A stretch of 63,999 bases of DNA, the filler included, from Catajapyx aquilonaris (Eukaryota): the NCBI GenBank assembly GCA_000934665.2. It is 4 parts of 4 records of this genome, joined end to end, with 100 filler letters (N's around TTAATTAATTAA, not from the genome) between each part and the next. Parts side by side here need not be neighbours in the genome. Positions count along the whole stretch, not along the records: positions 48,466 to 63,999 come from JYFJ02007465.1; 3 more parts are not named here. One strand, 5' to 3'. The number at the start of each line of letters is the position of its first letter. Positions within the stretch are counted from its first letter, which is position 1. The position numbers and the translations under genes were made by a program. The notes beneath the pieces were generated by a model that was not told the origin of the DNA, made no database searches, and saw nothing but the letters and a program-made list of their open reading frames with translations. Positions 48,606 to 61,110 of the stretch are shown here, in pieces.

Positions 48606-49909
48606 CTCGTACGTGGATACCGGCCTTTAGTCAAGCACTATAGGAATAAATGTACAGTATATTAACATACAAAAGGTACGCCAAGAAATAAAGGCTAATG
48701 TGGACTTTTAAAATGGTGTATAATATTTTTTTCCAGCTTGTAACGTCTAATTAAACAATACCGACGAATAAGTTCAAACTTGGAGGGCAGCAGGCAGAAG
48801 ATGAAGCGCCAATAGCGCCGGAGCAATTATTAATTGTCCGCTGGGCGTAAAGTGTATGCAAAGTTTATTTCCCTCCCGGTTTGTTTTGCCTCCTGATATG
48901 ACTTGGCAGCGCAAACATCATTCTCATTTCACTTCTTGAATAATTCCCTCGAGGGGCATCCACACAACTACAAGTATAACAAGTCTCATCGTCCAATATG
49001 ATCAATCCTGGACATCATAATTGAGTCCATGAAAAAAAAAAATATTGGCATTACATATTATACTTATGTTCCAGGAACTTCCAGCCCAATCCAATAGCAG
49101 CTTATTGAAAGATGGGAACAACCTTCCCATGTAAATCAAGGCTCCCTATAAGCAACCATGGGCACATGTTGTTGAGTATAAAATTATTATAACAAGTATT
49201 AGTAAGTAATATGAAGGCCTTATTACCGTAATGCTATCGGATAAACTCACTGATGCATTGTGAATGATTAATTATTCATTCCCTCTAAATGCACACCCTA
49301 ACATTGCAGGAGATTACTTCCGCTCTGTAGTTCTTAATTTCGGGTGGTACTTCAATTACGGATTAAGGCTAATTGTCATTTTATATTGGGAAAGGAGAGG
49401 GAAGACAGGAGGGACAGAAATCAAGTCTTGTCGGGCAGAAAATATCTGCTGCTCAAAAATGATGGCTTGCATAATATATTGCCTTTTCCTGTCTCACTGT
49501 CTGTTATAGTTCAGATCTGATACTCCCACAGCCCGAGTATTCTTATGTCCAAACTTCTGGCAAACTTGTCTGCCATAATACGTACTAATTAATCATCAAA
49601 AGTATTTTATAACGCGGTAGATGTAAATCCACTTCTTTAAGTTTCCGACTTCAGTAGCATTAATGACATGCTTATATAACTAAAGTGGTGTATTTGAATG
49701 TAGCAACGGCAGGACTACTGTTATCAGTCTATAGGCACTATCCCCACCACCTCGAGATCCGCTCCACTGACTCGTGAAACTCAAGTAGGCCCATTAAGAA
49801 AAGGGTAGAGTTAGTCGTAATGGTTATTGAAGAATCCTTTGAACACTCTCCGAATCCTGCTATGCTTTATCTGCGGAAACTGTTGTGTTACTGTACTGTA
49901 CGTAACTGA

Positions 49910-50188
49910 CCGAAGCAGTGGTGGCGGAGGGGATATGGTATCCGACTGCTAATCGGGAGGTCCTGGGTTCGAATCCCGGTGCCGGCAACTCTAACCGTGG
50001 TTTTCTGTGGTTTCCCACGGTTATTCCAGGAGAATTCCGGAGTTGTTTCCTAAACTAATAGGCCACAGCCGCCTCCTTCCTTTCCTATCCTATCCCAAAA
50101 AGCGCAGTAAAAACGAAACGAAGAGTTCCAGTCAAAAAAATATCCCCCCTAAAGAGCCGCCGGCTGATAACGGGGTATGAATTATTAT
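49910..50188 (+). mobile_element. tRNA-derived SINE, copy 2
   Basis: Same family as 20856; 16-bp TSD TACTGTACGTAACTGA. Confidence 0.9.
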
Positions 50189-52937
50189 TACTGTACGTAA
50201 CTGAATCCAAAATTACCGGTTTGACCGTATTAGAAAAGACGAGCATAGTGCCTGAACTATACATAGCAACCATTATTCAAGTCACTACTGTTGGTCCACT
50301 AATATTAGCCTTACACTGTAAAAAGCAGCTAATGCTTTTTTTGCTTCTTATTCTTGGGCAGGTTGGAGGTTATACTTTGTGAAGAGGACACTGTTTTCCA
50401 CTGAAGGCTCGTTGCATGAAAAGCGTAAAGTTCAATGCCTTGCATGTGGAAAATCCTGGCGAAATTTGATGAATCGAAGCCCGGAGCGCATTTATATATT
50501 CATGTATTCCTGATATCCGGATTGTCAGCTTCCGCAGGGGTTTTTTTTACAGCATCCGGTATGGCTCGACTATTATTCTACCTAAGCAGGCTATTTCCGT
50601 TATTGCCTGAGTCATGAAATCTCGAGCTGTCCTGCATGATTTAGCCGCATTAAAAATTGCAGATAGCCGCTTATTTTATTACACTAGTTACTCAGGATTT
50701 GTAATATTTAAGCTTTCAAATCTCAAAAAAAATGCTCACATATTGATAGCTATAAAGTCTGAAACCACTATAGGCATTTTAATTGTTGCATAGGGCAGTT
50801 GGATGATTGTTATGACATAGAGATGTCGACTGCAGAGTTTCATTAGTCAGGTGCAGCAGGAAAGTGAGCCTTCTCCATTTCGTTACAAAGACAATTTCGT
50901 GTGACGCTAGTTTGCAACTAAAGCTGCGTTGGGAGAGTACCATTCTACAGTAGAATGACACAGCTTCAATCTGAACAAGCATTTTGATGGTGGAAAAAGT
51001 CGCAGCTTTTCTGGCTCCCCAGCTAAACCACTACACACGTGGGAGTTTGAATGGGGTGGGAACGAGGAAGAGTGCAGTACCGAGATGTAAAAAATGCATG
51101 GTGCGGAACCGTTGGGATGCAACTTTTTCAAGTTACTAAATACCGGTTTTAAATAAATGCATGGTGGGTGGAGAAGGCACATTGTTTAATTCATTAGTGG
51201 GTGAATATTTTAGTTCGTATAAAAATTGCATGAACTCATTTTTCACACTTGTTACATGTTATGTCCGGGTGATGCAATTTTCATAGCTATAGCAACTAAC
51301 GCTGGGTATGCAATTTTGAAGTTTCTCTTAATTATGTTATGTGGAATGCTACACTTGTTATGGCTAGGCTTAATATTTTATTGTCGCTTGGGAAGTACAG
51401 AGCTGCAAAAGTGTGACCCAAGGGTAAAGTGGTCCTTTAGGTAATGCTAAAATGAGTAGAAAATTCGTCAACATCTGCTCAATTTTTAATATGCAGGAAA
51501 AGTTTGGTTATGAGTGGTTTACCGTATACCATGGCAAACAAGGTGTTTAGTGTTAAGAAGATAACGGTTACTGATCATGATATTGATTATTGAAAGTCGA
51601 AAGAGCACTCGGTACATATTCACTTCATGTGCTATGGCTGGCCTTAGTGTCTAAAGCTCTATACTCTGTCAAGTCTGATATACCAGTACATTATACTAAA
51701 TCGATTGGAAATTAATTAATGCATTTGCACACGATGAAGAGTGAAATCATTAATACAAAACATTGGAAACTTTGCAACAACTCATCTTCTCTAGATATTA
51801 GATCGATTAGATCGCCATCCTTACCCCATATCCTTTCATCCTTGCACCGGAGTCAGAAGAAGAAAAAAAATACAGAAAAATTGAAGGATGGTGGTATTCC
51901 ACCCCCCTAAAAGGGCCTATCACGAGGTAACGTAAAAAAAAGAAGAATATATTAGATCGAGCAAAATACGCAACATGAGCTACCGGTACTTATTTGTAAC
52001 AAACCGTCACCGGTACGTCAAAAATATACCTTTTCTCAGTAACTATAAGTCGAAATGTGTTAATGTTGTGACACATCGTCATTATTCAGTCCGACGCTGG
52101 AACACAAAAATTGCTTAAATGTTACTTAAAAATATCGGTGATTAATAGTCACTGGAATATTGGCTACAACTGTAGGTAGCACGACTTTTCCACTGCAGAT
52201 TCGATCACGCATCGTGTCCACGTGTCGAGCGCGTCTGGGCCTTAGTGTTAGTGTATAAAAACATATTTTATTGATAACCTTTACGGTGTTTACCCAACCG
52301 GTGAAGCCTAACCATCTGGATTGTCCAGCATGTGCATACTAAACAATGTTATACTGTCATAACTGGACTCAGGAGAGTAATCAAAATTCAGACAGATATG
52401 ACTGTTTCATATGGACTTTTCAGGAATTTTTGCAAGGTTTATAAGGGAAATCGACCAAGATCGACATAGCACCTGACCCTATAGAATGTGTAGGGTCGAT
52501 TTGGACTCCACTGCACGCTCGTTTTCGGCGAAGGAAAACTTCCAATTACTGCTTGCTTTGTTGACGTCTTCCAAGGATGTTTACGCGATGTCGAGTAGTC
52601 AGTATCCACATTCTCGCTTTAGTACTAGAGCTTTCTAGTAAATTCTACAGATCAAAGAATTTCATGTTTACAGCGGCGGACCTGGCCTCGTTATTTGTAC
52701 TTTATACAGCATAATCATAAACGGATCTATTTTAAATGCGGTTTTAATTTTATTTCACATGTTCACAGCTATGACTCCAAGGATTTTATCATAGCGATGA
52801 CACTAATGGGCTCCGCGACACATTTATGGCAATAATTATGTGCCAATTACATTGTAAATCATTAAAGCCTGAAATACTGTAAGTTATCGGTGGACTCCAC
52901 AGTTACAAGTTACAGTTACAGTTACAAGTACAATGAT

Positions 52938-53253
52938 CAAGGGGTTAGCAACTCCCTGGAACCGGTGTACACACTGGCCAAGGAACCAGGTGGAACCGGC
53001 CTGGAACCAGTGTACACACTGGCCAAGGAACCAGGTGGAACCGGCCTGGAACCGGTGTACACACTGGCCAAGGAACCGGCCTGGAACCGGGTGGAACCGG
53101 GTGGAACCGGGTGGAACCGGGTGGAACCGGGTGGAACGGGGCTGAAACCCGGTGGAACCAGCCTGGAACCAGGTGGAACCGGCTTGGAACCGGGTGGAAC
53201 CTCCCGATTCCAGGATCTGGCGTACACTTTTTTGGGGAGTTGCTAACTCCTTG
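52938..53253. mobile_element. hAT-type MITE with internal GGAACC/GGTGTACAC minisatellite
   Basis: TIR CAAGGGGTTAGCAACTCC / GGAGTTGCTAACTCCTTG; 8-bp TSD ACAATGAT (52930-52937, 53254-53261). Confidence 0.88.
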
Positions 53254-56200
53254 ACAATGATTTCTCATTACACCCCAAACACAAAATATTTTACAGCATG
53301 ATTTGTATAGTTGTTAAAATGAAAATGGTAGAGCTCCGGCTGTGGGTATATTCGAAATTTCTGTGTTTCCCATGTAGTCATATATATATATATATACGAG
53401 CACGCTTTAGCTGAAATGGGAGCACTTCTTTCATTTTCTACTGCAGTAACTTGTGATCATTAGGGGCTAGGGCGCTCAAGTAAGGCCTTAGGAGATAAAT
53501 TGGCTATGCCAGGAAAGAACACTTCCCTGTCTTCCCACATAATTCGAAATTAGTGTTGGGCAAAGGAAGGACGATGGAAGGGTGGCAAAAGTGCAGCCAT
53601 AATGTGGTTCGCCAGCCAGCTATACGGTCATTTCCGTCACCATTTTACTAGACGCATTTGGCTCTTTCCATCAGCCAACAACGACATGACGTAAAATGAG
53701 GCTTGGGAATCAAGTGTCTCCAGAAAATTCGACCTTAGTGTGTCCTTTCTGTTCTCTTTGGACTGGTCCAAGAAATTTGCTACGATTTTTGCTTCAAAAT
53801 TACACAACCAAAATCAGTTATGAAAATTTTGTGCAATATGTTGAGAGTAGTTTCAATTCATATACTGTAGCTGATAAGTTAGAAACAATATAGCGTTATG
53901 CCAAACACATATTTGGGGAGGTCTCTTGTGGCACGTAGCAAATTGATGACTGTGCCTCGAGGGAGTGCATTGGGTAGTGCAGTATTAACCCATGATGTGC
54001 AAAAGGTACGCATGCCCTATACCCATAAATCTCCAGGGTATGGTGCACGAGTCCTTAAAAAAAATCACTTTTAAAGTACATACCAGATGCAAGGAAAGTA
54101 ACATGGATGATATATGACAAGCGTGTAGAATCTAACCCCAAGAATGTATTCCAGGTCGTTTCGTACTGTACACCATCCACCTCGCATCTTCCGTCTCCCA
54201 TGTAATCATTTTTGCCAAAGGGCACCTTAAGAAGCGTTTGCGCACCACTTGGCAAAAAACTACGTTTATGTGGTCATGAAAGTAGAACATAGGCCATAGA
54301 AAAGGGCACTTGGGGGTATTTGGGTTTATTTGTATTACGTAGTATCGGGAACATAGTTATGGGCGCCTGGTAGTTTCCATTTTGATGCTCATTTTACACA
54401 TCAATATGGTTACTGATAGAGCTCATCGAAAAAGAACTAATATACGGGACCTGTGAAGTTGAGTCCAATAATTAAACTTGGATCATAAAGATCATGTTTG
54501 CGTATGTCGATGACAAATGCATAATATTTCATATACATCTTCAGGATAACTTTGATTGGCCAAACGCCATAAAAGCTTTCTTCGAACAGCTCATGTCGCA
54601 ATTAGCCGCCACCATGGCCATGGCCAAATCGAAGTGATGGCAATTATCATTACTGTCCAAACACTTTCTGCGAGATTTTCTCAGTAACGCTTGTTTTTGT
54701 TTCCGGTTTTTTTCTCCCCTTCAATTTCGCCTCACTACCCCCTCACTAGTCCCTACCCCCTCACTACCCGACATCCTCTCCCCGAAAATGGCCGTCCGCC
54801 TTTTCCGATGATTGAAGTACCTGCTCAAGATGAGGCACAACTGCAGACAGGAATAAATGACCTTGGGTATCTTCTAGGGATGCCGCCACGGGGCGCCCCA
54901 AAAAACGTTCGTAAGGCATCAATCGTTTTCAGTGTTTTGCGATGACATTTCTGTGACGTGGCCTTCAAGTTCTCATCACAACAAGACATGATACAGCACA
55001 CTTGTGCAATATAAGCAAATAGAGACCTAATTCTGTCCCTTATACAAGTAGCTTGCGAGTTACTTACATTTATGACTAAAGTTCGGTTGTGCAGACCGTC
55101 AATTTAAACTATTGTTGGGTTAAGGACCGTTTGTTGGAACCAACCTGTTGTATATCACACATCCTTTGTCTGTTTCAGATTATCTGAAGTGGCCAACCTC
55201 CATCATATAGTAGAAGCATGGCGACTAATAGTAAGCAAATTGTGTCTATCGTATGCTTGTTAAGTTATTTTCATCGTGTCGTTGTGCTTTTGTGCCGAAA
55301 TCATGAATATGTAAGTAGGTTCTGGGAAGCAGTGGTGGATTAAAGCATTAGTTTGGGCGATACAGGGAAATCCTCTAAAGCCAAAAGGGCCGTAATGCAT
55401 ATTTTAAAAGTCGTACTAGATTACCATGGCTACATAATAGATGTTTTTTGAAACATTTGCAGTACTGCTGGGTCGAACAACAAAAATGAGTAGCAATTCC
55501 CCTGAGCGCTTTAGTTGTTATCAATACTGAATTAAAGCGACATATTGCATTGAACTGGTATTATCTTAAGGTCGATACTACTATACCTGTAGGCCATATG
55601 AAATCCTTTTAGAGGCTGGAAATTACGTTCCTGAATTATTGCTTACATATTTTACATATATCTACCATGCTATATTATGATATTATCAGCGCTGCTTATT
55701 AATTGTTAATAACGAATTAAATGATAGTGACTAACAACGAATTTGAAATCCGGCTGGATTTGATATACGACTCACTGTCAGTTCGTTGCTCTCTGCCCTA
55801 AGTGTAAAAATTGCATGAGATTACAGTATGTGTACATGCAGTACGGCACTGTACATAATTTATTTATTACTCATAATGATAGGACCGATGTAGTTGGGCT
55901 TGTGACCATAAATTATATTGCCATATTAGTTGTCAATTATGAATAAACTATGAAGGCCTTGAAATTGTTTCAGTACGCTGCAAAATATATCTACATAACG
56001 AACAATACATACACACTGTAAGAGCAACAACAATGTACCGTGTATAGGATATTATTAAAAGCAGAATGCTACCGATGTTATCACCAGTTATTCGTCGAAA
56101 TGGCTCTCAGGCCCATCTGCTTCAGGTGCCATCTTCAATCCTAAACATAACGGGGTCAAAACTGCACCCATTCCTGGATTACGATGCATGGTCCTACCCA

Positions 56201-56572
56201 ACTAATTGGGTTGAAGGAACCCATATACAGCAAGATAAAGAAGAAATGATTTACCAAATTTTAGGGTTAATTGAACCACCACTGCAGTTTACACTCAGAA
56301 TCTGAGTTCATTTAATCCAGTGCACTGAAGTGGGTGAGGATTAATCGCCACTTTGAAATAACTAGTTTTAAAAAAAAATCCAGTGGCGCCACGATTAGCT
56401 GACGACGAGATCTCTAGTTGCATCATAACCTTTAGTATAGTGACCATCAATTCATTTCCACGGTGTGTTTGCCGTTACACTGCATATTGGCCAGTAGGCA
56501 TGTTCTTTATGACCAAATATCATGTGCACATTTTATCTGGCTGGGCCACTCGTGCTTCTTGTGCATACTCAA

Positions 56573-57140
56573 AAGGGAAGGTCACGGGGTGATAATGACG
56601 GATCTTGATGAAATTTAACATGCTAATACAGGACAATATATGATACCCAAAAATGAAATATTTCGTGCTGACGTCCATATTTGCAAAAGTTATGATGTCT
56701 TAAAGTTCCAAAAATAATACATTTTCATTCATAATGGGATTACATTAGCGACCACATATAAGACCACATTGAAGTGTGTAATCAGTTTCTACACTTTGTC
56801 TCATCGGAAAAAAGTCCTACATAACGGTTCTGTATCTCTTACGATTTAGGCCTTGATACCTGTCCACAGACGGACGGACGGACAGAGCCGTTCTGTAGGA
56901 CTTTTTTCCGATGAGAAAATGTGAAGAAACTGATTACACACTTCAATGTCATTATATGTGGTCGCTAATGTAATCCCATTATGAATGAAAATGTATTATT
57001 TTTGGAACTTTAAGACGTCATAACTTTTGCAAATATGGGCCTCCGCACGAAATATTTCATTTTTGGGTATCATATATTGTCCTGTATTAGCATGTTAAAT
57101 TTTATCAAGATCCGTCATTATCACCCTGTGACCTTCCCTT
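56573..57140. mobile_element. Foldback MITE with ~245-bp inverted arms
   Basis: AAGGGAAGGTCAC.GGGTGATAATGACGG... is inverted at ~57110-57140; central (GACG)n microsatellite. Confidence 0.85.
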
Positions 57141-59558
57141 GTCAGATAATATTTTCATAATTATACGTACAGTAGGTATATGATACCTCATATGCTTAAT
57201 ACATTACGCCTACAATACAGGTGGGCAAAACGGATTGACATTCCTTGAGAATTTTGAGGGAATATTAGCCAGCCGCGCTGGACATAAGAAGATACAATAT
57301 TTAGTAGTTTCTTTTTTGCGCAGTTTGTCATTGTTTTACCAATGGTGTAATTAATGTTGAGGTGGATCAGGATGCTACACATGATAAAAATCCTATTACC
57401 CCAGTAACGATGCATCCTCAACCAAATAGCAATTCAGCATAAACCCCCTGTATCCAGAAACTGGCCATTTCAGCTTGTCGGATTAGTTCAGGAACACCCT
57501 ATCTATGGGCAAGTACACCGGCGTTTAAAACTTAGCAAGTGATACGATATGTTTCAGAATTGAGCTAGCATATCAGAAATTGAGTCCAGTTACCATTGAA
57601 GCTGACAATAGTAAAAAAAAAAAAAAACAGTATCGATATTTGTTAGTACAACCTGTTGTAGTTGGTCGTGTTATTGGATGATTTCAGCAGGCTGTTCACT
57701 TGAGAGCTGGATCGATGAATCCAAACCGGTTGTGTGTGCACCTCGCTGAACTTTCCAACGTGTGCGTATCGTTTAGTCGGTGTACGGAAAACAAAGCGAC
57801 ATGATTCTCGTGCTGACATTGTGGGATCAGAGTAAATGAGCTGCCCAGTATGGTCTGTCGGTTATCAAATATTAGCTTTTAATGCAGTATATCCTTCGCC
57901 ACATGGAAATAGCAGGGTTATTGGTCACTTGGGGTTAAACAGCGGTGACATGGGGAGAGTGCATGCAACTGAAATCAACTGTAATCTGGTGCTGCATGTT
58001 TCCATGCTGACTTAAAGTTCCATGTTGTGCAGTTTTTTCCTAAGTAACTATCATGCCTTGTAACTGATTTTTTTTTTACAGCTGAAGATATTTCAAATCT
58101 GAGTTTAGCCTATAAATATCGGATTTGCAATATCGATAATTAAATGACGGTCTGTGGCTTCCAACGTGATTTAACAATGGAAATAATTTTTGCACTGCAT
58201 TGAGAAATGAGTCCAAGAATGTTAGTGTTAAACTGATATTCTTCAATATTATCGTTGCTGGATACTATTATTATAGTCTAAATTATTTTCGTCGTTGTAC
58301 CGAATAATACCGGATAATGTGGTACCGATTCTTTGCTTATTGTATTTTAAGCACTTCCCTTCTTCAGGACTTGATTATTAGATGTCGTTTTTGGTTACGG
58401 GGCCCGTACCAAACTATTTCCTACTTAGTGTCATTATTATTATTAGGTATATGCTGCAGTGGCCTGTTTACGTAATTTTGCCACTCCCAATTAGCCACAC
58501 GCCGAGCCACACGCTTTCACGCTCACAATTTTGTAAACTTTTAACTAGGTGTAAATACCTGCTTCTGGGCCAATGATGGTTAACAAAATAATAATAAGCC
58601 TAGTGTTGTTAACGGGTTAAATATTTGGAGGTTGCGATATAGTTGGGGGTAAGCTATTTTGCAATATGCATATCAAAGCGAAAACATATTGAAGTACAAT
58701 GTTGACTGACACTGACCGCTCATCGCCCAAATGTCAAATATTTGGCATGTATAGTGTGTCGACAGAGGAGGCCATTTCACTCTGCTACCTTTTCCACTTT
58801 AACTGACCTTCCTCTATACGTTCACACTATAATGTAGGATTCGGTAGGATCCAGCCAACTCTTTTAATAGTATCCATTCGTCATGCTATAACATTCTCAT
58901 TAGACTTATTTCGTGACAGGAAAATAATAAGAAATTAGTCTATATTATTTTCCAGAGGGAAAATAGGCAAGGCTACATTTGAGGAAAAATAGTGATTGAT
59001 GAGCCGGTTCTTCAAAGAGAGATATAAGATGGCTCAAGATGTCAGGCTCAACGACCACAAACCGAAACCCATTTGTCTTTTTTTTCCATTTGAAAATCTT
59101 CGAAATACTGTTGGGAGTCTTCCAGACATTTTCTGCATCCTGATGTGGAAACGAGGCGAAAGAAATAAATCGACTCGTCCATTCTTAACGTTGATACCAA
59201 ATGCACCAAAAAAAAGTACTAGAAATAAGCCAGTTTCTTTTAGGCACACTACTTATCCGAATTACACACTGCAATAATTCCAAGTGTATCTGAATTATAT
59301 TCAAAGTGATAACGGACTAACTGACATTTTCATCCAAAATGAGTTATTTATGACACATGCTGCAGTCAGCTCCTCCAATGCTGAACATGTGAACTATGCC
59401 AACTGACAACGCTGACATTTATAACTTCATCTTGTCGTTTGTTAAAATTAACTAAATGGTCGTTTTTCATCCTCATGGCTTTCAGCTGACACATATTTTG
59501 CTCATAAATTTCCGAGCATAGACTCTGCCTAGCAAATGTCTAGTTTGCCATTTGATAA

Positions 59559-59633
59559 GACGAAATTAACAAAGGGGTGACTTTCACATCATAGCCACTA
59601 TGATGTGAAAGTCACCCCTTTGTTAATTTCGTC
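59559..59633. repeat. Perfect 36-bp hairpin with 3-nt loop
   Basis: GACGAAATTAACAAAGGGGTGACTTTCACATCATAG-CCA-CTATGATGTGAAAGTCACCCCTTTGTTAATTTCGTC. Confidence 0.9.
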
Positions 59634-59806
59634 CACAATTGGATTTAGTCGGTTTTCAGTGTTCATGCCTTCAAGTGTCAGCTTCAGTTAGCAGCACAAC
59701 CAAGAACACTGAAATTAATTTGTCGCAGAACTGCTTATTTTGAAGTAATTACTTTGCAACAGGTAACAGCTATGCTTCTTACGGCTCTTCACAACAATCA
59801 CTTTAT

Positions 59807-60092
59807 AATAATAATAATAAATAATAATTCATATCCCGTTATCAGCCGGCGGCTCTTTAGGGGGGATTTTTTTGACTGGAACATACTCTTCGTTTCGTTT
59901 TTACTGCGCTTTTTGGGATAGGAAATGAAGGAGGCGGCTGTGGCCCATTAGTTTAGGAAACAACTCCGGAATTCTCCTGGAAGAACCGTGGGAAACCACA
60001 GAAAACCACGGTTGCCGGCACCGGGATTCGAACCCAGGACCTCCCGATTAGCAGTAGGATACCATATCCCCTCCGCCACCACTGCTTCGGTT
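59807..60092 (-). mobile_element. tRNA-derived SINE, copy 3
   Basis: Reverse complement of copy 2, very similar; TSD ATCACTTTAT. Confidence 0.9.
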
Positions 60093-60903
60093 ATCACTTT
60101 ATGAAGGTGAATGGTGCTTTTCTCCCTGTCACTTTGGTCGAATGCTGACGAATTTATTAGTTACAGATTCATAACCTGTTTTTTATATAAAAATAGCCTT
60201 TTTGACGTAAGCAGTGCTAACAGGTACTGCCAGAGCCTCACGTAACTACTCCTAGGGCCGTATTCGTCCGGTTTTTTTTTGGTGGACGTGGTCGCGATAG
60301 CCAGTTTAAAGCCCACATGCCGCTCTCGCCATCGCTAATCTTGGAGAAGAGCATTTGTATGGGAAATTTCCAGAATTTCGGGGCCCAATCACAGTCAAAC
60401 AGCTCAGCAAGGAAATACATTTCCAGCTAATTAGCCCATGGGATATCCTCGGTCGGGGAAGGATTTCATGCAGATAAGATAATAATGGGATTTTCGGGAT
60501 TTCAAGCGATGTACCAGATTCCAAAACTTATCTGCAGCATTAGTAAAACGGGTTGCCAAAGCAGCAGAATTCACACCTCCACACTATGTCATATCCTTAC
60601 GTATGTTATAACGGACGTGACACTCGGATATGATTACCTTCAAATTGGACAGACCCAATGCCCATATTCACATAACGATAATGTCAAAGCGTTTCGCTAG
60701 TAGACTGTATACAGGGTGATCTATCAAGAAAGGGGCACTGTTTGCTGAAATTTTGCTAGTATAGATAGCTGTTTATTATTAGAAAATATTGGGTTGCTTT
60801 TAATATGAGCACTCGGAAGTAACTGCTGCATTCTGCATGGATGACAAAATAATGTCTCGTAAAATTTTACTTTCCCAGCCGCTTTGTAACTGTGTGTCTA
60901 ATA

Positions 60904-61110
60904 CAGGGTGGTCCAAGTTCAAGTGTCGTTTTACAACGGCGATTAATAGCAGTGATTTTGCGATGACGTAGCAGCGACGCGTAAAATGTCCCACTTCGGC
61001 GCATCTTCGGCGCCATCGAAGTGGGCAATTTTACACGTCGCTGCTACGTCATCGTTAAGCGCTTCTATTAATCGCCGTTATAAAACGACACTTGAACTTG
61101 GACCACCCTG
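60904..61110. mobile_element. Tc1/mariner-type palindromic MITE
   Basis: TA-CAGGGTGGTCCAAGTTCAAGTGTCGTTTT...AAAACGACACTTGAACTTGGACCACCCTG-TA. Confidence 0.85.

Noticed and set aside
52890..53268. EPGGTG/VPPGS repeat proteins in the ORF track
   Set aside because: They lie essentially within a TIR/TSD-bounded MITE, with no splice or gene context.
55179..55235. Possible small start exon (ttcag...ATGGCGACTAATA|gtaagc)
   Set aside because: No downstream exons or homology recognisable; could be chance.
58996..59277. Short ORFs or a possible hAT transposase remnant (WTSRF-like) on the minus strand
   Set aside because: Similarity too weak and frameshifted to support without a search.
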